From: a bacterium | GTDB taxonomy: Bacteria; UBP18; UBA7526 | Direction: 5' to 3' | Assembly: GCA_030615855.1 (NCBI GenBank) | Contig: JAUWYL010000014.1 | Coordinates: 1 to 32,940, forward strand | DNA length: 32,940 nt | Shown: positions 10,500-19,034 of the stretch, one piece after another | Layout: each line of letters begins with the position of its first letter | Position numbering within the stretch: the first letter of the stretch is position 1 | The notes under the pieces: model-generated | The model's input: only the letters and a program-made list of their open reading frames with translations | Told to the model about the DNA's origin: nothing | Databases searched by the model: none | Program-made: the position numbers and the translations under genes

Positions 10500-12856
10500 G
10501 CTTTCACTCTCCTTCCATTCATTACTTCTTCTTCAGTGACCTTTAGACTAATCTCTCTTTCTCCTACCTTTAACTTATAGGGCTCCTCAGATACTGTCTG
10601 ATAGGGACTATTCTCTGTGGCATAGGGGAGGATAACCTCAAACTCTCCTTTCTCATCAGCCTTTATCACATTTCTATAGAGGAACCTTCTTCCGGCATTA
10701 CTGATAAGGGGAAGGGAGATCTCTATCTCTTCCAAAGGATTAGTTCTTCCTCTATATCTTGCCCCCTTCACATATTCAAAGACTTTCATCCTGCTGGTAG
10801 AGCCCGGGCCACCAAAATAGGTGAAGTCTGAGTATTCTGGGGACTCATAGATAAGTCTATACTGGCTTACCCCCGGGATATCTAAGTCTGGAATGATGGG
10901 CTGGGAACCATCGTGGAGATGGAGGCAGTTCCCCATTAAAGAGAGATACTCTCCCTTGGGGATTCTGACTAAAGGACCATCATACTCTAACAGACGGTAG
11001 GCTTCTTCTGGATAACGGAGGCTGATCTTCCTCAAGGCTTCCACCAAAAGAAGGAGATCCTGGCTAATGACGAAGCGGCAATTTGATTTCTCCATCACCA
11101 TATTCGCTTCCTTTTCGTTTTTGGCTAAGAAGAAGTCGCACATTCGATCAACGCCCTTTCCATAGGGATTGACCGTTGCTGGCCTTTCGCTCAGATATTC
11201 AATGAAATGGCCCAGATCCCAAAAAGCCATTATACCATACTCTGGCTTAATTTCTAAATCGACATTGTTATAGGAACTGGTCTTTGGAGTATTCTCCTTT
11301 ATCCAGATATAGGTCTCATATTCGCCACGGGAGAGGAATGGTCTACTCATTCTAAATCCAGCATAGAGCATCTTAGAATGGCTAAAGAGGAAGATGAGGC
11401 CGATTAGGATGACAATCATCTGGGGCTTGAAGGTTAGTATTCCTTTTAAAAACTTGGGAAGTCGTTCTCGAAGAGCGAGAAATCTCTCTGAGACAATTCT
11501 TACTTCCACTATCTTACTAAACCTTCTTTCTTTCAGATAATCATAGCATTTAAAGAAGAGATAGCCAGTTAAGAGAGCGATGTTGGCTCCAAAGATATAA
11601 GCAAACCTCAACTTTGCCAAGGTTATCAGACAAAAAGAGATTGTCCAGATGAGGAGAAAGAGGACCCTTACCGGCTCCTTCCTTCTTGTAAAAAAGAGTA
11701 GGAGAAGGGCAATGGGAAAAAGGTAAAAAGCCCAGGAGAGTTGGAAGACGGCCCTTAATGGTGAGAAATTTTCGCCAAAGTAAAGCAGGGGTTGGTTCTC
11801 TCCAATGGTGGTAAGCCAGACATTCTCTGTCTTCGTTATCCAGGAGACTCCCTTAAAGAACAACCTTTGAAAATCAGGGAAGAATATCCGGGAGAAGACA
11901 AATATTAATCCCACGCTAAGTAGTGACGAAGAGAGGATAATTTTCGGAATACTTTGTATTCTCTTTTTAAGCATTCCAGAAAATATTCTCACTCCGACAA
12001 AGAAGAGAATGAGAAAGGAGAAAAGATATATCTGGAAGTAGGATAAGGCCTTCTGGTTGAGGAGGGCCCGCCTTCCCCACCAAGAGGTAAGACAGGGATA
12101 GAGAAGAAAGAGTAATGCTACCAAGGGAATAAGGATATAGAGGTTGAGCATTCTACCCAGGGATTCTTTATTGATAAAGAAGAGGGAGAGAAACATAACC
12201 GATATCACTGGAAAGAGATAGAGGGTGGTCCCTGACCAATTGAGATAGCTGAGATATATGGCAAAGCCGGTCAGAAAAGCCCAGAGATAGTTTTTTTGTC
12301 CAGTAGAGTCATTCTTCCTTCCTAGGGTCATGATGAAGAAATAGATAAAGAGCAAGGTAAAAAAGGTCTCCCCAACATGCTGGTCGACCTTGCCAAGCGT
12401 GGAATAGCTGAGGTGGCCGGGCTGAAGGGCAAAGAGGAATGCGGAGAGGATTCCCACCTTATGAGAAAAGAGTTCCTTTCCTATGAGCCAGACGAGAAAG
12501 ATGGTCAGGCTACCCATCAGAGGAGGAAACCAGGCAGCGACCCTCTCTGTAAGTTCCTTGGCAGGTGCCCCTCTACCAATGAGCAAAGCAGAAACAGAGA
12601 TTATTCTATCGAATAGATGGGGCCAGAAACTCACCTGGCCCTCAGGATAATTGAGATAGGGATCAAACCCCAGTACCTTCATAGAGTGATCGAGGGCATA
12701 GACTATCCTCCTCATATGGTAATAGGGGTCGGTATCAACGAAGATAACCTTTCCCTCAATGAAGACCTTGGAATAGAAAGGAATGGTGCGGAGGGAAAAG
12801 GCTAAAGCAAATATTCCGATTAGGATGAGAAACGAAATTATCCTGGTCTTATTCAT
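10496..12856 (-). CDS. STT3/AglB-like oligosaccharyltransferase (protein N-glycosylation)
   Basis: DTDPYYHMRRI, FDPYLNYPEG, DQHVGE, TIGENQPL, ~13 hydrophobic segments, WWDYG-position motif FWDLG, AglB-like C-terminus (KVFEYVKGA...PYATE). Start placed at 12856 (ATGA overlap with the GT2 stop) rather than 12904. Its stop overlaps the C25 gene start. Confidence 0.9.
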   Translation of the reverse strand: MNKTRIISFLILIGIFALAFSLRTIPFYSKVFIEGKVIFVDTDPYYHMRRIVYALDHSMKVLGFDPYLNYPEGQVSFWPHLFDRIISVSALLIGRGAPAKELTERVAAWFPPLMGSLTIFLVWLIGKELFSHKVGILSAFLFALQPGHLSYSTLGKVDQHVGETFFTLLFIYFFIMTLGRKNDSTGQKNYLWAFLTGFAIYLSYLNWSGTTLYLFPVISVMFLSLFFINKESLGRMLNLYILIPLVALLFLLYPCLTSWWGRRALLNQKALSYFQIYLFSFLILFFVGVRIFSGMLKKRIQSIPKIILSSSLLSVGLIFVFSRIFFPDFQRLFFKGVSWITKTENVWLTTIGENQPLLYFGENFSPLRAVFQLSWAFYLFPIALLLLFFTRRKEPVRVLFLLIWTISFCLITLAKLRFAYIFGANIALLTGYLFFKCYDYLKERRFSKIVEVRIVSERFLALRERLPKFLKGILTFKPQMIVILIGLIFLFSHSKMLYAGFRMSRPFLSRGEYETYIWIKENTPKTSSYNNVDLEIKPEYGIMAFWDLGHFIEYLSERPATVNPYGKGVDRMCDFFLAKNEKEANMVMEKSNCRFVISQDLLLLVEALRKISLRYPEEAYRLLEYDGPLVRIPKGEYLSLMGNCLHLHDGSQPIIPDLDIPGVSQYRLIYESPEYSDFTYFGGPGSTSRMKVFEYVKGARYRGRTNPLEEIEISLPLISNAGRRFLYRNVIKADEKGEFEVILPYATENSPYQTVSEEPYKLKVGEREISLKVTEEEVMNGRRVKA

Positions 12857-13545
12857 CTTTCTTTGCCTTTTAGGGGAATGAAACGATTCTTGATTAATGT
12901 CCATAGAGCAGGGAAGCCATCGCGCCAGGTGATCTTTTTTCCTCCCGAATATCTTCTACCCTGATAACTGATGGGAACCTCATAGATAGGGATATTATGG
13001 CGTAGGAGTTTTGCCGTTACTTCGGGTTCAAATTCAAATCCCTTTGCTTTCAAGTTTAGATTCTTTAATATCCTGGTCTTGAAGAGTTTATAACAGGTCT
13101 CCATATCAGTCAGATGGGAGCCATATAAAAGATTGGTAACCAAGGTTAAAAATCTATTCCCCCAGTAAAATAGGAAGAAGAAGTTTTTGGGCTCCCCTAA
13201 GAAACGGGAGCCATATATTACCTCTGCCTTGCCCTCTATAATAGGGGGGAGTAATTTAAGATAATCCTGGGGATTATACTCCAGATCAGCATCCTGAACA
13301 ATGACTAAATCTCCCTTCACCCTTTTTAACCCACTCCGAATAGCCATCCCTTTTCCTTGATTCTTTGAATGATAGATTACCTTGATCCTATTCTCTAAGT
13401 CCTTTAATATTTCTCTGGAACCATCTGTGGAATAATCATCAACGGCAATAATCTCCTTCTCAACGGGTACCTTCTCCACCTTCTCTATCAGTTTCAAGAG
13501 ATTCCGCCTCTCATTATAGACCGGGATGATAATCGATAATTTCAT
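12853..13545 (-). CDS. Glycosyltransferase family 2 (polyprenol-phosphate glycosyltransferase/DPM1-like)
   Basis: LSIIIPVYNE, VDDYSTDGS, NQGKGMA, QDADLEY, GSRF, DMETCYK, FEFEPEVT. Confidence 0.93.
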   Translation of the reverse strand: MKLSIIIPVYNERRNLLKLIEKVEKVPVEKEIIAVDDYSTDGSREILKDLENRIKVIYHSKNQGKGMAIRSGLKRVKGDLVIVQDADLEYNPQDYLKLLPPIIEGKAEVIYGSRFLGEPKNFFFLFYWGNRFLTLVTNLLYGSHLTDMETCYKLFKTRILKNLNLKAKGFEFEPEVTAKLLRHNIPIYEVPISYQGRRYSGGKKITWRDGFPALWTLIKNRFIPLKGKER

Positions 13546-13762
13546 TCCTTTATCAAGTTCTGGAAAAATCTTCTTTTACTCATTGTCTTTCCTTATGTGT
13601 ACCGGTTAGCCAGTTGACAAGTTAATAAGTTAACAAGTTGAGTGGTTAAAACACAAGCTACGTGTTACGAGTTATGGGTAAGAATTGCTCTTTAGGTCAA
13701 GGTTCTTTTTTTCATAAACTGCTGTAAATTCTGCCTTATTTGTTCCGTCATCTTCTCTTAAA

Positions 13763-13996
13763 CTATTCGGATTTACTTTTGTTTAATAATCTTAAGAACT
13801 CTTCGTAATCCCTGCCTGTCAGCAGGCAGGCTTTTCTATTCTCATTCTTTAAATCCTTATTTATTTTAAAATACTCCTCTCTCAAAAGCTGGACAGCGCT
13901 CAATCTTTCTTCTGGAGAAAGGGATAGATTATATTGATCATCGAACTCTTCTGCTTTTTGGAAGGAATTCGTCTTATTCAACCAGACTTTTTTCAT
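13763..13996 (-). pseudogene. Small hypothetical gene, frameshifted by a 20-bp palindrome and fused to the truncated start of an overlapping nucleotidyltransferase-like gene
   Basis: Removing 13811-13830 restores ...ENRKGLRRVLKIIKQK* and an overlapping frame MRIEKDYEEFLRLLNK..., which stops after about 20 codons. The family assignment is from memory of such gene pairs. Confidence 0.6.
13811..13830. repeat. 20-bp palindromic element CCTGCCTG-TCAG-CAGGCAGG
   Basis: Perfect 8-bp arms; related copies at 15118-15137 and 15590-15609. Confidence 0.85.
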
Positions 13997-14261
13997 TTTT
14001 TTCTCCAGAGTTGAACTGCCTGTCTATCCTCTCCTTGATCTGGGCCAGGCTTGGTCGCTGGCTGTTGATTTTTTTGATCTCCCTTAGTCTGGCCAGGCTC
14101 TCTTCCTCCTCATAGAGGCGGTGGCCACCCGGGGTGGTAGAAGCCGGGCATAGAAGGCCGACATTGGTATAGTGCCTTATGGTAGAGGATAGAACCCCAG
14201 CCCTTTCTGCTAACTCCCCTACCCTCAACAGTCCCTTTTTCAACCTCTCACTACGAGTCAT
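13974..14261 (-). CDS. MerR-family HTH DNA-binding protein (no effector domain)
   Basis: LRVGELAERAGVLSSTIRHYTNVGLL.P....GGHRLY; ATG at 14261 preceded by GGAGG. Confidence 0.85.
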   Translation of the reverse strand: MTRSERLKKGLLRVGELAERAGVLSSTIRHYTNVGLLCPASTTPGGHRLYEEEESLARLREIKKINSQRPSLAQIKERIDRQFNSGEKNEKSLVE

Positions 14262-14303
14262 ATTTTCCTCCCAGATAAGCCTCACTATCGTTCGGCAATT
14301 TCA

Positions 14304-14378
14304 CCCCGCACCTTTTAAATATTCAGAATTTCTTGAATACTTAAATAATGCCTTTATGAATGCTAAAAAGGTGCGGGG
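14304..14378. mobile_element. 75-bp miniature inverted-repeat element, CCCCGCACCTTTT...AAAAGGTGCGGGG
   Basis: 13-bp perfect terminal inverted repeat, AT-rich interior, left flank TTCA (right flank CAAG); same ends as 20189-20296. Confidence 0.7.
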
Positions 14379-14583
14379 CAAGCAGATTAGCACAGATTTG
14401 GAACACGGATTACAGGATGCGCTTCGCTGGCATCCTAGAGAGCATAAATAATTAAGCATTGACACTGATTTAATCTGCCTGTCCCGTAGCCTCCGACTTT
14501 AAGTCGGAGTGGTATGGGGTGCCCATCCGTGTAACTATTCAAGTTCCGATACGACAAAATCTTAGAACTAACAGTCAATTTTA

Positions 14584-14612
14584 ATTTTATCATAGAAAAA
14601 GCCATTTGTCAA
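14584..14612 (-). promoter_or_regulatory. Sigma70-type promoter upstream of the MerR-like gene
   Basis: TTGACA-17 bp-TAAAAT with extended -10 TG on the minus strand. Confidence 0.65.
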
Positions 14613-14824
14613 GTTCTAATTTGATTCCTGAAAAAGTCACGAATGCATACCCCGTAAAGTTGCTACGCATCAACGGGGCAGGCAGGCGCTTGAATCCCTT
14701 CTTTATATTATTGAAGTGCCAATGCTTTTAACTACACAAATCAATCGACGATCGTCGATCAATTTGTGCTCTCACAATTCAGTATGTGCACAGTTTTAGA
14801 GACGATCGTCTTGAAAAATGTGCG

Positions 14825-14854
14825 AAAAGGGGAGCGAGAATTTCTCGCTCCCCT
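14825..14854 (-). terminator. Intrinsic terminator
   Basis: Minus strand AGGGGAGCGAGAA-A-TTCTCGCTCCCCT followed by a T run, downstream of the 15185-15376 gene. Confidence 0.7.
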
Positions 14855-14970
14855 GATCGGCAATTACAGAGTAGGGAACTTCGCCTCAAGAAGTTAGCAT
14901 AATCCAACTATTCGGTTACGGTTATGATGCCCGCTTTTATCTTTCAGTAATGTAATACGGTTAGGGTTAC

Positions 14971-15004
14971 CCGTCCGCCGTAATAGTATTACTATGGAGG
15001 GCGG
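14971..15004. repeat. 34-bp hairpin element (CCGTCC.CCG..TAG.A.T.CTA.GGAGG..GG family)
   Basis: Colinear and same length as the copy at 29750-29783 inside mrdA. Confidence 0.7.
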
Positions 15005-15184
15005 GTGACGCCCGTTTTGTTGAAGTCGGAAAACAGTTGATGGAAACCTGAAAACGGTAGTGAAATCAGAAATCTGAAATCAGAATTTTCCCGTTTTTTA
15101 AATAGTGATACGGGTTTTCTACCTGCCGGCAGGCAGGCGTTACCGTAACCTTTGTTTACTTATCTCGCTCTGGTGTCTTTACAG

Positions 15185-15376
15185 TCACTTCTTCTCTAGT
15201 AGTTTCAGGGTTCCTAAGGCGATGGCGAATAGTAGGCAGACGCTGGAAAACTGGAGGAAGGCATGGGCCTCAACCCGGAGACCACCGAAGAAGGGCTGAA
15301 TCATTATTCGTGAGATAATCCCCAGAAGAGCACTTACTGCCGCCACAACAATAGCAATGATGGAAAGCGTTCTCAT
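15185..15376 (-). CDS. Small membrane protein (63 aa, two TM helices)
   Basis: Strong SD AGGAGGTGA before the ATG; two hydrophobic segments. Confidence 0.75.
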   Translation of the reverse strand: MRTLSIIAIVVAAVSALLGIISRIMIQPFFGGLRVEAHAFLQFSSVCLLFAIALGTLKLLEKK

Positions 15377-15618
15377 CTCTAATCACCTCCTTTTTAAAAC
15401 ACGGATTAGCACTGATTTTTATCACACTGATTAGATAACAAAATCAAATATTAAATATCAAAGATAAAAATGACATATTAAATATCAAAATTACAGATTA
15501 AAATTTTACATTTTGTCCGTCTCAGGCGGATCATTTTGATTTTTGCATTTTGATTTTTGATATTGTGACCTATTACTTGATACGGGCTTCCTGCCTGCCG
15601 GCAAGCAGGCGTTACTCG

Positions 15619-17889
15619 TTACAGCCCTTCAACCAGACTTTCGATGTTAGCGATTAATGATTGGGCGGCCTTGATGAGTTGGGCAGCATCCTCTTCTGTA
15701 ATCTTCTTTCCCGATTGGGCTTTTACTTGATTGATGAAGGCATTTATCTTGTTTATGGCAGATGCTGCCATATTCTCAGCATGTTCAATGTCTCCATTCT
15801 CAATATCTGCTTGAGCAGTTAGTACCTTATCCAATACTGTCTCCAGTTTCGCCTCAAGACTTCCTTCAACCTGTTGAGGAATATCCATTTCCTCTATCGT
15901 AGTAATTAGCGCTTCCAATTCTTTATCGGGTGTCAATACTTCAACCTCTGTTCCTGGCCCACCATAAGCGCCCATATCATTCCTTGTTCCATCAGGATCA
16001 TTGTAAATTGGGTCTGGATCACCTGCATCGATACAGGGTGAACCTGCCTGTAGATGATAGTCGTGATTTTCTGGGTCTATAAATAACGGATTTTGTGAGA
16101 TCGCGCCTTCGCCAGGTGCAGGTGTATAGTAGAGTGAACCCATCCCAGTATAGTCTTTAGCATTCTTCCAGACATCATTATAAGCGATCGAAATTAAGTT
16201 AGTAACATTTGGATCAGTAATTTCTATTCCTATACCAACATAGCCATCAATGATAATATTATTTATGATTTTACCCGAAAGGGTAGACCTATTCTCAGCT
16301 AAAATATAAATACCTTCACCCTCAATATCCGCAATTGTATTATTGAAAATTCTTGCCTCTAATAAATCATCATTTTGTACAAACCCATAAAACCCAGCAA
16401 AGCAGTTATAAATTAGATTATTTTGAATTGTAATGGTATTTTCTCCAGCTGCCTCCTCAAGCAGTATAGCCCCATCATTTCCGCATCCCGTAAAAATATT
16501 GTTTTTGATAGTTACCGAGGAAACATGGCCAGTGATGATCCCGGTAGCACGAGAATCACCGTTGAAAGTAAATCCCGCGATTGTGAAATTTTCAATCCCG
16601 TAACGGTGTTTATAAACACCCAGCATATAAAAGCAGGTATCTCCAGCCAGTAATATGGTATTCTCAGCCCCTGAGCCCTTCAAAGTTATTCCGTTCTTTG
16701 TAATACGTATTCTTTCAGTAATATTATAGAGTCCTTCCGCTACTAAAACAGTATCGCCACTACCAGCAGCAGCTATTCCTTCCTGAATAGTATTATAGGG
16801 ATGTTCGAAACTTCCGTCTTCAATGCCAGAGGTATTATTGAGATCAACATAGATAGTAATGGGTGGTCGACAAGCTAATTGAGTTAATGCTTTATCATAG
16901 TAGGTTGAGCCATCAGAGGCAACATATAGACGAAGAACCTTATATTCTATTTCTGGTGTTTCTGGAAGATAAATAGTCAATTCTTGGCCACCGTCATAAG
17001 TGATGGTAACCGTATCTCCTGCCTCTATCGAAAGTGGCTCGTGAAATGGCTCAAATTCAAGAACAAGGCAAGAAACATAAGCAAAATTATCCTTAAAAAA
17101 TTCTTGGTTATTGTCTAAGGCAACATAACCAAATGCCTCATCAGGATAAGGTTCTCCATGAATCCTTATGTTCCAAATCGGATCCCAATTCGGATATCCG
17201 TAACTGCCAGCTGTTCTGAGAGTAGTTGTTACATCCTCTAGATCTTGGATGTTTAAAGGCTCTGCTACATCAGACATTTGTGGGGATGCTTGGGCCAACC
17301 GAGTCAATGCTCTATCATAGTAGGTTGAGCCATCTGTGGCTACATATACACGAAGCCAATTTTCCGTTGTTGTTGGAAGATAAATAGTCAATTCTTGGCC
17401 ACCGTCATAAGTGATGGTAACCGTATCTCCTGCCTCTATCGAAAGTGGCTCGCATATTCCCTCAAGGTCAAGAACAAGATGAGAAACATAAGAAAAATTA
17501 TCATAAAAAAATTCTTGGTTACCGTCTAGGTGAACATCACCAAATCTCTCATCAGGACAAGGTTTTCCATAAATCAACAGATACCAAGTCGGATCATTGT
17601 TCGGATATCCGTAGCTACTAGCTGTTCTAACAGTAGTTGTTACATCCTCTAGATCTTGGATGCTTAAAGGCTCTGCTGCATTAAGGGTTGCAGTAGTTAA
17701 ACCCACAAATAATCCCACCAACACCAAAACCAATAAACTCTTTTTCTTCACCCCGTTAGAGATAGGTCGCCTTGGGCGACCGTAATTTACATCATTTACT
17801 AGCTTCATTTTTCCCTCCTTGTCCTTTTTCTTATTTTCAAAAATTCTTTCTACTATCAAATTTGCTCTATCATCTCTAACGGGGTTCAT
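15619..17889 (-). CDS. Secreted right-handed parallel beta-helix (pectin-lyase-like/DUF1565-type) protein with a tandemly duplicated N-terminal domain and a helical C-terminal domain
   Basis: IYVD...EDGSFEHPYNTIQEGI..AGSGDTVLVAEGLY; 'NNII...YNDVW...NPLF..DYHLQAGSPCIDAG...DMGAYGG'; signal peptide KKKSLLVLVLVGLFVGL; AGGAGG precedes the ATG at 17889. Confidence 0.85.
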   Translation of the reverse strand: MNPVRDDRANLIVERIFENKKKDKEGKMKLVNDVNYGRPRRPISNGVKKKSLLVLVLVGLFVGLTTATLNAAEPLSIQDLEDVTTTVRTASSYGYPNNDPTWYLLIYGKPCPDERFGDVHLDGNQEFFYDNFSYVSHLVLDLEGICEPLSIEAGDTVTITYDGGQELTIYLPTTTENWLRVYVATDGSTYYDRALTRLAQASPQMSDVAEPLNIQDLEDVTTTLRTAGSYGYPNWDPIWNIRIHGEPYPDEAFGYVALDNNQEFFKDNFAYVSCLVLEFEPFHEPLSIEAGDTVTITYDGGQELTIYLPETPEIEYKVLRLYVASDGSTYYDKALTQLACRPPITIYVDLNNTSGIEDGSFEHPYNTIQEGIAAAGSGDTVLVAEGLYNITERIRITKNGITLKGSGAENTILLAGDTCFYMLGVYKHRYGIENFTIAGFTFNGDSRATGIITGHVSSVTIKNNIFTGCGNDGAILLEEAAGENTITIQNNLIYNCFAGFYGFVQNDDLLEARIFNNTIADIEGEGIYILAENRSTLSGKIINNIIIDGYVGIGIEITDPNVTNLISIAYNDVWKNAKDYTGMGSLYYTPAPGEGAISQNPLFIDPENHDYHLQAGSPCIDAGDPDPIYNDPDGTRNDMGAYGGPGTEVEVLTPDKELEALITTIEEMDIPQQVEGSLEAKLETVLDKVLTAQADIENGDIEHAENMAASAINKINAFINQVKAQSGKKITEEDAAQLIKAAQSLIANIESLVEGL
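17751..17884. mobile_element. 134-bp miniature inverted-repeat element inserted in frame at the start of the beta-helix gene
   Basis: 13-bp TIR CCCCGTTAGAGAT/ATCTCTAACGGGG; TTCA duplicated at 17747-17750 and 17885-17888; 134+4=138 bp = 46 codons. Confidence 0.85.
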
Positions 17890-18142
17890 TTCTTTGTTCC
17901 TCCTTTTAGACACGGATTTTCTTGCTTTGCTTATTGTGTGAGAAAAATACCACGGATTAGCACGGATCAATTAATTAGTCGATAAGTTGAATAGTTAATA
18001 AGTTGACAAGTTGATAAGTATCACAGATTTGCACAGATTTATTACGGATTAGCACGGATCACAGATAAAGGTCATCCGGCAATCCGGTAATCAGGAACTA
18101 GGATATCCGGATAACCTGATAGCCTGATAACCTTATGTTATT

Positions 18143-18949
18143 TTACCATCTTCCTCCCAGGTCGCTGGCTACCTCTCTAACGATATCCTCCCCTATCCTG
18201 GGAACCTCCTTGCCGAAGCCGATGAAGAGGGCCATATCGCAGATATTATTTATCTCCCTGGGACAGCCCTTGGACTGCCTGTGGATTAGGTCCAATGCTT
18301 CAGCATCGAAGAGCTCCTCCTCCCTCCCCGCTATTCGCAGGCGATGGGCGATGTATTTCCCGGTTTCCTCCGCATTCAGGGTGGTAAGATGATACCTTAT
18401 GGGAAGGCGCTGCTTGAACTGGGGGATGCGGTTTATCTTCTCCCTCAATTCGGGTTGGCCTAAAAGGAGGAGGGTGAGAAGGAACCTCTTCTCCCACTGA
18501 AAGTTCAGAAGCATCCTCAGTTCCTCGAATATCCTCTGGTCGGCGATAAGCTGGGCCTCATCGATGATGATGACGGTATCCTTTCCAATATCCACATTCC
18601 TCTGCAGTATCTCGTTCAGGATGTGGAGGAGGTCTGACTTTCTGAAGGGAGGGGTCTCATTCTGTAATTGACGCACGATCTCCCTCAGGAACTCTATGGC
18701 TGTGATCTGGGTATTGGTGATGTAAATGAGCTTATACTTCACGGGATCGAGTTCATCCAAAAGGACCCGGGATATGACGGTTTTCCCGCTTCCGAACTCC
18801 CCGGTCATTACTGCTCCTCCCTTCCTCTCCTGAATGGCATAGATTAAGCGGGTTAAAGCCTCCTCATGCTTTGGGGAGCGATAGAGGAAGCGGGGATCGG
18901 GAGTATTCTCAAAGGGCTTCTCCTTCAATCCCCAGTAGGCCTCATACAT
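18143..18949 (-). CDS. ExeA/GspA-family AAA ATPase (secretion or glycoprotein-export associated)
   Basis: MYEAYWGLKEKPFENTPDPRFLY, Walker A GEFGSGKT, Walker B IIDEAQ, LLGQPEL, G.PREINNICD. Confidence 0.92.
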   Translation of the reverse strand: MYEAYWGLKEKPFENTPDPRFLYRSPKHEEALTRLIYAIQERKGGAVMTGEFGSGKTVISRVLLDELDPVKYKLIYITNTQITAIEFLREIVRQLQNETPPFRKSDLLHILNEILQRNVDIGKDTVIIIDEAQLIADQRIFEELRMLLNFQWEKRFLLTLLLLGQPELREKINRIPQFKQRLPIRYHLTTLNAEETGKYIAHRLRIAGREEELFDAEALDLIHRQSKGCPREINNICDMALFIGFGKEVPRIGEDIVREVASDLGGRW

Positions 18950-19034
18950 AATAGACTCCTTTAATCAGGGTATCGGGTAATCGGGGTATCGGGTAATCAG
19001 GATATCATAAAGATTGCGATTTAACAATAATTTT

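Noticed and set aside
14855-15060. Possible ncRNA (6S or riboswitch) upstream of the terminator
   Set aside because: No recognisable family motifs; the main hairpin is a copy of the 34-bp dispersed element. An Rfam search would be needed.
17890-17970. Longer start at 17970 for the beta-helix gene
   Set aside because: It lies in CACGGATT repeats, and the strong SD precedes the ATG at 17889.
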